Positions 57,727 through 64,000 of a DNA stretch of 64,000 nucleotides are shown one piece after another. Numbering within the stretch: the stretch's first letter is position 1; each line of letters starts with the position of its first letter. This stretch comes from an uncultured virus (IMG/VR IMGVR_UViG_3300034106_003629) (taxonomy: Duplodnaviria > Heunggongvirae > Uroviricota > Caudoviricetes), in IMG/VR virus record IMGVR_UViG_3300034106_003629; one strand, written 5' to 3'. Position numbers and translations under genes: made by a program. The notes beneath the pieces were generated by a model. It saw only the letters and a program-made list of their open reading frames with translations. It searched no databases and was not told the origin of the DNA.

Positions 57727-58310
57727 AATACACACTCCTTTAAAATTTTCTTATACTTGAATATATCAATATTTAGGAAGGAATTGTATTTTTTGATATT
57801 TTTTGAGACCAATTGCCAAACTGGATCTATCAATTTTTTATCAAAATCATTCCCAAAGAGAAATATTCTGTCATATATGACCATAGTTTCTATGCTAATT
57901 TTGCCATTTAAGAATTTTTTAAGTAAAGGTGGATGTCCCTTTGAGCAATCAAAAACTTCTTTAAACTTATGCTCTGTAAACAAATCGGTAGTCTCTTCTT
58001 TAAAGATATATGCCAAAGACTCTTTTTTCTTCTTCCAATTGTTATACACAGATTCACCTTCTCTAATTATTTGACCAATCCAAAGAGAATCTGCGTCTCC
58101 AGAGGAAACAAAATTAGCAACAAAAAAATCAATAATCTCTTTATCATTTTTTTGCCTACCTAACTTCTCAAACCAATATCTATCCTTCCTTTTATAAAAG
58201 GATTGCAAAGAGGCACGAGTTTTACCACAATACTTATGATAATCGTAATTATCTTTTGTAAAGTGATTTTTTAACGAAAGATATGTCTTATATACGTCAA
58301 ACGGAGTCAT
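57723..58310 (-). CDS. Helicase loader gp59
   Basis: YLSLKNHFTKDNYDY..KY.GK...FYKRKDRYWFEKL...HPPLLK. Confidence 0.88.
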   Translation of the reverse strand: MTPFDVYKTYLSLKNHFTKDNYDYHKYCGKTRASLQSFYKRKDRYWFEKLGRQKNDKEIIDFFVANFVSSGDADSLWIGQIIREGESVYNNWKKKKESLAYIFKEETTDLFTEHKFKEVFDCSKGHPPLLKKFLNGKISIETMVIYDRIFLFGNDFDKKLIDPVWQLVSKNIKKYNSFLNIDIFKYKKILKECVL

Positions 58311-58370
58311 AATTTTAGAAGGGGGGTTTTCAAAATTTTCCCCGCGATGTTTTTTTCGACTTTTTTTGAA

Positions 58371-58640
58371 TCAAAAAACCAATTTTGCTCTAGAAGTCCT
58401 CTTTAAGAAGTTTAATTCCATCGCATCATACTTAATCTTTTCCTTTAAAGGTTTTGATATAAGTTTCGGAACTGATTCTAAATCAATACTATTCTTTTCA
58501 CAGAAATGAATAATAGCATCAATATAATTCATATCTTTGTTATTTTTAACTAGAACCTCAATCTCTTGAGCAAATTTTGTCGGGCAAAAAAACTTCTTCT
58601 CTAATACCCTTTCAAACTCGTCTTCTAGTTTAACTGGCAT
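58371..58640 (-). CDS. Late transcription co-activator gp33
   Basis: YIDAIIHFCEKN.ID.ESVPKLISKPLKEKIKYDAMELNFL. Confidence 0.88.
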   Translation of the reverse strand: MPVKLEDEFERVLEKKFFCPTKFAQEIEVLVKNNKDMNYIDAIIHFCEKNSIDLESVPKLISKPLKEKIKYDAMELNFLKRTSRAKLVF

Positions 58641-59310
58641 AGCTTTCCAATTTGTAGTTAAGAAACTCTCTAGTGTATTCCATGAGTAGTTTAATGTATT
58701 TTGTTTTGTCGTATTCTTCATAAACAACGCATTCTCCATTTTCACATGCCATAATAATGACAAGTTTTTTTACTTGTAGTCCTGTCAATTCGTACAGCAT
58801 ACATCCATACGCCATACACTGTACAAAATAATGTTCAATCCACTCTACTGGTTTAGGTTTTTTTGATGTCTTGAAATCAATGATGGCAAGTTCCCCATCA
58901 AACTCAGCGATACAGTCTACAGTTCCAGCAATTCCTAGAACCTTGCTGTACATTGAACCTTCAAGTGCATGAATATTATTTATTCGATTTAGATCTGGTT
59001 GTGCAATTTTGAATAAAAATTCCGACAGTGGTTGAACCTTTGGAAGTTCTTCGTTTTTGAGATGATGCTCTGTCAAAAGGTGCATGTCAGTTCCACGACT
59101 TGTTGCTTGTCGTGTAATTTTATCTGCCTTCTCTGCACCAATTTTTTTACGCCAGTCCGCAAAGAACTGGCGATTTTTGTGACTAGTAACAGAAGTGATA
59201 GAGACTAGTTTTAATAGTTCGTTCTCTTCAGGAACAAAATAATATCGAACACCATCTATAGTCTCCCTCTTAAGTTGAGGGAGTTTCAAATCAACGTGAT
59301 TAAACATCAA
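58630..59310 (-). CDS. PD-(D/E)XK exonuclease
   Basis: SITSV...RGTDMH...AGTVDCIAEF...IIDFKTS...YFVQ. Confidence 0.85.
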   Translation of the reverse strand: MMFNHVDLKLPQLKRETIDGVRYYFVPEENELLKLVSITSVTSHKNRQFFADWRKKIGAEKADKITRQATSRGTDMHLLTEHHLKNEELPKVQPLSEFLFKIAQPDLNRINNIHALEGSMYSKVLGIAGTVDCIAEFDGELAIIDFKTSKKPKPVEWIEHYFVQCMAYGCMLYELTGLQVKKLVIIMACENGECVVYEEYDKTKYIKLLMEYTREFLNYKLESYAS

Positions 59311-60062
59311 AATCCCAATTCGTGTTTTGCAATTAAGTATTCTTTACAGAGACCAGAACGAACGATATCCTCAAGACCAAACTCAACAATATCAAACGAA
59401 GGCATAACTCTAAGAATTTTCATAAAGTCAATAATACCATTTCTTTCATTGGTTTTTTGCAAGTCGGATTGAGTTGCATCACCACAGAAACAAATTTTAG
59501 TATTCTCACCAGACCTTGTAATTATACTATCAAGTTCATGGAAATTCAAGTTTTGGAATTCATCTACAATAATAATTGCTTTGTCTAACGTAGTTCCTCT
59601 AAGGAATGAAGTAGACCAAAAACTAACCGTGCCCTGAGTCTTTAGGTTGCCATAAAGCATTTCAAAATCAGCATCTGTTGCCATCTGGAACATGTATTTG
59701 ACCATGTTCTTGTATGGAATCTGATAGATATCTGCTTTATCCTCATGTGTACCAGGAAGGAATCCGATTTCTCTAGTGGCAACAAGAGATCTTACGATAT
59801 AAATTTTTTCATACGGTGTTGATTCATCAAGAACATCCTTCAAAGCGTTATAAAAAGTGATGAATGTCTTTCCAGTTCCAGCGGCACCATATGCAACTAA
59901 ATTCTTATCATTATCAAACGTCTCAAACAATTTAGATTGATTATCGTTGAGAGGTTCAATATCAAGAAGAAAATCCATATTAATTGGTTTTCTTCTTTTC
60001 ATTTGCTTAGCAGTCATGCCAACACCAATTGGTTGTAAATCGGGTCTTCTCTTTCTTGCCAT
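59307..60062 (-). CDS. phoH: PhoH-family ATPase
   Basis: GAAGTGKTF, REIGFLPG, FLRGTTL, VDEFQN, CGDATQSD, DIVRSG. Confidence 0.95.
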   Translation of the reverse strand: MARKRRPDLQPIGVGMTAKQMKRRKPINMDFLLDIEPLNDNQSKLFETFDNDKNLVAYGAAGTGKTFITFYNALKDVLDESTPYEKIYIVRSLVATREIGFLPGTHEDKADIYQIPYKNMVKYMFQMATDADFEMLYGNLKTQGTVSFWSTSFLRGTTLDKAIIIVDEFQNLNFHELDSIITRSGENTKICFCGDATQSDLQKTNERNGIIDFMKILRVMPSFDIVEFGLEDIVRSGLCKEYLIAKHELGF

Positions 60063-60088
60063 AAGAATTTTAAAATTAATAGGGTTTA

Positions 60089-61201
60089 TTATCCACCAAG
60101 AAATAAATTCTTTAATGGATACTTTGTTTTTTTGTTTAGGAGATGATGCCAAACATATTTGGCACCACCAACAGCAGTTCCACCATCATGAGATAATGGG
60201 TCAACATAAAAATTGACATTTGGAAATGCTTTAATATACTCATAATTATTAACACAGTTTAAAAAGTAACCACCAGATAAAACAATGTTATTTGTTTGAA
60301 CTTTATCAAGTAACATCTGTATTAGTCTAATAGTATGCTCTTTAGTTTCATTCTGTAGTTTTTTTGCAAGATTTGAATTTTGTTCAAAAGTTGGGTTTTT
60401 TAAAAAAGATTCATCAAAATTAGGATTTACATCATCATTTTCATAAATCTTTCTAATAGTATTTAATACATTTTTATTGTTAGTATACCATCGATCCGTT
60501 TTTTGATCATAATCAAACCAAACATCATTATCAAGTTCACTTGAATTACCATAAGGTGCTAACCCCATAATCTTACCAGCAGAATGTAGTCTAGTAACTG
60601 CAGCAATAGAGTTAAACAACCAACCACAACTTCCAGTTGAAGATAAAATTTTATTATCCTCAATTTCAAATGGTGGATCAAAGTAAGTAATACAACTTGG
60701 AGTAAAAACTTGACTAATCAATTCACACTTTCCAGTCTCTGAAAAGTAAAACATAGATTCAGATTCTCTATTGCGTATGTAATCTCTAACATATGCACCA
60801 CCACCATCTAAAACTAATGCAGCCGCCTCATTAAATTCTGACCCATAAAAAGCACTACATGCATGATACAAATGATGTTCCAGATAATAATGCTCTTCTC
60901 CGTAAGTTATTGTCCATTGAGATAATTGTTTTTTAACCTCCTCAATCATCTCCTTATCAGATTCTTCAGCATAAAAATCTTCTGTATAACTATCACCTCT
61001 ACAAAAGGATACAAAGATAATGTGGTCAAGATGTTTTGTATACTTTAAAATATCAGTGATAGAACGAATATAACTTTTTAACGTCCATGGTTCTTCCTTT
61101 CTTTTGTTCCATCTATCATCTTCCAAATAATATATGAGTTCTCCATCTTTAAGAAGAGCAAGAGATGGATGGTGTGATATGTTAACTCCAAGGATGTACA
61201 T
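60089..61201 (-). CDS. Carbamoyltransferase N-terminal (Kae1-like) domain, stand-alone
   Basis: ILGVNISHH, EHHLYHACSAFY, LDGGG, GKIMGLAPYG, SGGYFLNCVNN, DGGTAVG. Confidence 0.88.
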   Translation of the reverse strand: MYILGVNISHHPSLALLKDGELIYYLEDDRWNKRKEEPWTLKSYIRSITDILKYTKHLDHIIFVSFCRGDSYTEDFYAEESDKEMIEEVKKQLSQWTITYGEEHYYLEHHLYHACSAFYGSEFNEAAALVLDGGGAYVRDYIRNRESESMFYFSETGKCELISQVFTPSCITYFDPPFEIEDNKILSSTGSCGWLFNSIAAVTRLHSAGKIMGLAPYGNSSELDNDVWFDYDQKTDRWYTNNKNVLNTIRKIYENDDVNPNFDESFLKNPTFEQNSNLAKKLQNETKEHTIRLIQMLLDKVQTNNIVLSGGYFLNCVNNYEYIKAFPNVNFYVDPLSHDGGTAVGGAKYVWHHLLNKKTKYPLKNLFLGG

Positions 61202-61203
61202 AA

Positions 61204-61788
61204 TCAGTCATTTAAACAAGTGTATAATTTATTTTCTTCTGGAAGATAAAGATACTCTATACGACTATTAGAGATAGTGGTAAGAGCATCATAAAGAGTA
61301 TGGCAAATTACTTCTCCCGCAAGATTAAACGAAGTATTAAACAACATTGGAATGTTTGTTCTACTATAAAAGGTTTTAATTAAATTATAGTAGTGATAAT
61401 TTTGTTCTTCAGTTACAGTTTGAATTCTGCAAGTATCGTCAACATGAAGAACTCCTGGAATTAATTCTTTTTTTTCTTCTTTAACTGGAATTGCATACAT
61501 CATAAACGGAGATTCTTTTATAGTCAACATTTCAAACCATTCATGAGCATGTTCAAGTAAGACTGAGGCAGCAAATGGTCTCCACCACTCTCTTCTTTTT
61601 ACCGAATTAACAAATTCTTTAGCATCAGAATCTCTAGGGTCATAAAGAATAGACCTATTACCTAAAGCTCTTGGTCCTGCTTCAGTTTTACCTTGAAAGA
61701 TTGAAACAATATTTTTTTTATCTATTAGATCTACAATGTCTGAGTACGTAACATTATATTGTTCCGTTGTTTTATCATTCCCAACCAT
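61204..61788 (-). CDS. Carbamoyltransferase C-terminal (YrdC-like) domain, stand-alone
   Basis: EAGPRALGNRSIL, VKRREWWRPFA, HVDDTCRIQTV, FNTSFNLAG. Confidence 0.9.
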   Translation of the reverse strand: MVGNDKTTEQYNVTYSDIVDLIDKKNIVSIFQGKTEAGPRALGNRSILYDPRDSDAKEFVNSVKRREWWRPFAASVLLEHAHEWFEMLTIKESPFMMYAIPVKEEKKELIPGVLHVDDTCRIQTVTEEQNYHYYNLIKTFYSRTNIPMLFNTSFNLAGEVICHTLYDALTTISNSRIEYLYLPEENKLYTCLND

Positions 61789-61790
61789 GA

Positions 61791-62033
61791 TTAAATCTTT
61801 TTCACATTAGATTTTGGTGCTCTAGATGCCTTCTCAAGAACATCATTCCACCCAGGGTGCTTTTTAATCAATTGGTCTTTCCATTCACCAACCTCACCAG
61901 TAGAAGCACAACCTTCAGACCAATCTCGTCTCCATTCTGGGTTATCTTTATACCACTGCATAATATCATTAACACTCATTTCAACGACCTTTTTTTCTCC
62001 AGTCTCAACATGAATAATAGGATAAATTGCCAT
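61791..62033 (-). CDS. Conserved T4-like cyanophage hypothetical protein
   Basis: MAIYP...TGE...HPGWNDVL. Confidence 0.7.
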   Translation of the reverse strand: MAIYPIIHVETGEKKVVEMSVNDIMQWYKDNPEWRRDWSEGCASTGEVGEWKDQLIKKHPGWNDVLEKASRAPKSNVKKI

Positions 62034-62058
62034 AACTTCTATAATAAAGATAACTTAT

Positions 62059-62775
62059 TTATTGGATGATAATAGATGGGGCATCAATACATTCTGGACA
62101 GTTCTCTGGTTCCCAACCAAGTGCTTTAGCAATATCAGGGAACTGACAGATAAAGACGCAACGTGCTGCTTCTGCGATGTCCATATGCTCCTTCTGAGTG
62201 CCGTGAGCAGAGCGTAGGTCAATATAATGGATCCATGACCTTACAGAACCCTTCATGTAGATTCTGGTGGGGGTTGCGAGTGGAAGCACAAACCTTGCAC
62301 ATTCCTTTGCAACACCTGCATCAAGCATCTTATCGTAAAGGCGTTGTGATTCTTCAAAGTGCTGTTCAATCATTCCCTCAAACTTTTCCCTTACATGTTC
62401 ATCCAAATCATTAGTTGAGTTCTGACGATTCTTTTCGTCTTGCCTGCGAAGTTCAGGAACCTCAGGAAGATCAGTAAGTAGTTTTGTATCTGCGTAACGT
62501 TGTGAAAATTCCTGATATGTGAAGGACCTATGACGAAGCACTTGAGCTGCGATACCACGAGTCGTATTGATTTCAAGAGTCATATCTGCTTGCTCGAAGA
62601 TAGACCAATGATTTTGCTTAATACAATAACGAAGAAGTCCAGCAGCAGTATCAAATTTAAGTTGATTACTTGGATTGCTTACACGAGCATTGTATGTAAT
62701 TACTTCCTGTGCAGACTTTCCAGCAAGTTCTCCTGCACCTTGAGTAACAGCAATCAATTTAACAATATTAGACAT
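62059..62775 (-). CDS. thyX: Flavin-dependent thymidylate synthase
   Basis: ARVSNP, HWSIFE, RHRSFTYQEFSQRY, AKECARFVLP, RSWIHY. Confidence 0.96.
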   Translation of the reverse strand: MSNIVKLIAVTQGAGELAGKSAQEVITYNARVSNPSNQLKFDTAAGLLRYCIKQNHWSIFEQADMTLEINTTRGIAAQVLRHRSFTYQEFSQRYADTKLLTDLPEVPELRRQDEKNRQNSTNDLDEHVREKFEGMIEQHFEESQRLYDKMLDAGVAKECARFVLPLATPTRIYMKGSVRSWIHYIDLRSAHGTQKEHMDIAEAARCVFICQFPDIAKALGWEPENCPECIDAPSIIIQ

Positions 62776-63345
62776 TTAACTCTCCAAATAATTTTTAAAA
62801 ATTTCTAAAGCAGAATCCCAGTGTATAAACTGTCCCGCTTGGTTGACTGGAACAAAGCATAACGTCCATCTACCATGCGGTGTGGGATTATTTGTACCGT
62901 GCAAAACACCCACGTTAACTAAACTAGGTCGATTTGTATTTGCCTCATAAAGAAGTTCAGAATCTTCCTCATTTGCCCAAAGATTATCATGGTATTCATC
63001 GGTGCTACCCTGATAACCATTCAGTTGCATTCTTTTAGTTTTATCAGACTTCCACCATTGTATCACACCTTCTTCAGGTCCCCAAGACATATTAATCTTG
63101 GCATGATTTGTATAGTGACCATGATCGGTATGAATCGGAATCTTAGAGAATGGTGGGGTATAAAATACTTCTTTAAGATGAAGAGTCAATCCAAGGTCAA
63201 CAAAAAATTCTTCCATTGGATAGAATGGATAATCATTAATATAAAAATGTCTGATTTGATTACCCTGTTCCTTAAATAACGGAAGAGGACCAATAGTGAA
63301 AGGTAAGTTAAGGTATCTATGATAGGTATTAATCGCAGTATCCAT
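62776..63345 (-). CDS. Cupin/DSBH-like protein
   Basis: IPIHTD...SLVNVGVLHG...RWTLC; resembles 19769-20320. Confidence 0.55.
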   Translation of the reverse strand: MDTAINTYHRYLNLPFTIGPLPLFKEQGNQIRHFYINDYPFYPMEEFFVDLGLTLHLKEVFYTPPFSKIPIHTDHGHYTNHAKINMSWGPEEGVIQWWKSDKTKRMQLNGYQGSTDEYHDNLWANEEDSELLYEANTNRPSLVNVGVLHGTNNPTPHGRWTLCFVPVNQAGQFIHWDSALEIFKNYLES

Positions 63346-63493
63346 CGTCATCCTCAAAGACTTCATCGTAATCGGTTATACTATAATCATATTCTTGTAC
63401 ATAACTTTCTGTATCTGAAAGAACTTCAGATTCTATTTCTTCAATAAGTTGTTTAAGAGTATTAATTAATAGCTTTAGCTTTTCTCTATCCAT
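63329..63493 (-). CDS. Small acidic hypothetical protein
   Basis: MDREKLKL...ESEV.SD...YDEVFEDDDGY. Confidence 0.65.
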   Translation of the reverse strand: MDREKLKLLINTLKQLIEEIESEVLSDTESYVQEYDYSITDYDEVFEDDDGYCD

Positions 63494-63516
63494 TTTTATT
63501 AACCTCAACAAAGGTA

Positions 63517-63556
63517 ATTATAGATAAAAAAAAGAGGGGAGTCAAGTCCCCTCTTT
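63517..63556 (-). terminator. Intrinsic terminator overlapping a sigma70 promoter
   Basis: AAAGAGGGGA-cttgac-TCCCCTC followed by a T-run; the same bases give TTGACT-17 nt-TATAAT. Confidence 0.8.
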
Positions 63557-63559
63557 ATA

Positions 63560-63661
63560 TTAAGCAATTTGTGGTTGTTTTGCCATATTTAACTGTGCAG
63601 CTTTAAGAAGACTTTCCTTCTTTGCTTTTTTCTTGAGGTAACGAACGAAGTAAGTATTCAT
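63560..63661 (-). CDS. 33-aa basic peptide (not in ORF track)
   Basis: MNTYFVRYLKKKAKKESLLKAAQLNMAKQPQIA; GGAGG upstream; ATGA overlap. Confidence 0.55.
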   Translation of the reverse strand: MNTYFVRYLKKKAKKESLLKAAQLNMAKQPQIA

Positions 63662-63825
63662 TTTACATTACCTCCCTTTGACTTTTCCATAGAGAATTTG
63701 TTTCCATTTTCATCCACCCAGAACATTGTTCCGCGATAGATTTCTACATGAGGTTCTCTTTTCAAAGTTTGATTTGGGCGGTCGTTGGTGTCATATTCGA
63801 CACCACGATATACGACTTTAGACAT
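63658..63825 (-). CDS. DUF4278-like small protein (not in ORF track)
   Basis: MSKVVYRGVEYDT...IYRGT; strong AAGGAGA RBS. Confidence 0.7.
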   Translation of the reverse strand: MSKVVYRGVEYDTNDRPNQTLKREPHVEIYRGTMFWVDENGNKFSMEKSKGGNVK

Positions 63826-63853
63826 TAGGGTTCTCCTTAATTTTGAGGCTAAA

Positions 63854-63884
63854 GAGCGTTCCTTCAGTCGGCTTTTGCGTCTAT
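63854..63884 (-). ncRNA. 3' half of a glnA-type (glutamine riboswitch-like) RNA motif
   Basis: ATAGACGCAAAAGCCGACTGAAGGAACGCTC resembles the glnA 3' consensus and sits upstream of a DUF4278-like gene; 5' strand not in window. Confidence 0.5.
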
Positions 63885-63998
63885 TTTACACTCTTTGGGA
63901 GAGATTTGTTTAATCTCCCAAATTAAATCATTCTTAATCTGTTTAGGAATGTCTTGTTTATTAACTCTCCCAGCAATTAACTGTGCCTGTAAGCATGA
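63864..63998 (-). CDS. Partial small ORF running off the window edge
   Basis: ...SCLQAQLIAGRVNKQDIPKQIKNDLIWEIKQISPKECKIDAKAD*. Confidence 0.55.
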   Translation of the reverse strand, partial: SCLQAQLIAGRVNKQDIPKQIKNDLIWEIKQISPKECKIDAKAD

Positions 63999-64000
63999 AA

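Noticed and set aside
58311..58370. Homopolymer-rich spacer between gp33 and gp59 as a structured RNA or frameshift site
   Set aside because: Only weak pairing, and both flanking genes are complete; no support without alignments
58630..59310. Exonuclease as Cas4
   Set aside because: Lacks the four-Cys Fe-S pattern and has no cas neighbours; it sits at the usual phoH-exonuclease-gp33 position
60089..62775. thyX + carbamoyltransferase as a proven 5hmC-carbamoylation (DNA hypermodification) pathway
   Set aside because: ThyX looks canonical and no dCMP hydroxymethylase (ThyA fold) is visible in the window; kept only as one untested possibility
1..64000. CRISPR array or regularly spaced repeat-spacer structure
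   Set aside because: The only recurring non-coding elements are dispersed promoter motifs; no short repeats at regular spacing were seen
1..64000. Stop-codon reassignment or alternative genetic code
   Set aside because: Core genes are full length under the standard bacterial code, all three stops are used, and there is no suppressor tRNA in the window

Overview
The window is a 64 kb segment of a T4-like (myovirus) phage genome. A cyanophage is most likely, given CP12, PhoH, ThyX, a DUF1825-like gene and cyanophage-type gp32/gp59/gp33 and baseplate genes. Almost everything is on the minus strand. From left to right: (1) 1-10.9 kb is a dense region of tiny, translationally coupled ORFs with a repeated dyad-plus-(-10) promoter element, duplicated gene cassettes and a Dam methyltransferase + PD-(D/E)XK nuclease pair. 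(2) 11-14.5 kb is a cassette of two short tail-collar/fibre-like proteins, a Cys-rich protein and a double 2OG-Fe(II) oxygenase. (3) 15-27.9 kb is an accessory island: two SGNH-like proteins, a NodU-type carbamoyltransferase, two paralogous radical SAM enzymes, cupin/2OG oxygenases, an RNA-repair pair split by an HNH gene, an SF2 helicase and a split DNA methyltransferase. (4) A 1942-aa fibre, three tRNAs and further oxygenase/glycosyltransferase-like genes. (5) 38-56 kb is the baseplate/tail module, including CP12 and a gp53 with a large internal insertion. (6) 56-64 kb holds gp32, gp59, gp33, an exonuclease, phoH, a split carbamoyltransferase, thyX, and at the edge a glnA-like RNA fragment upstream of a DUF4278-like peptide. 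All product calls come from motif recognition by eye; no database searches were run.
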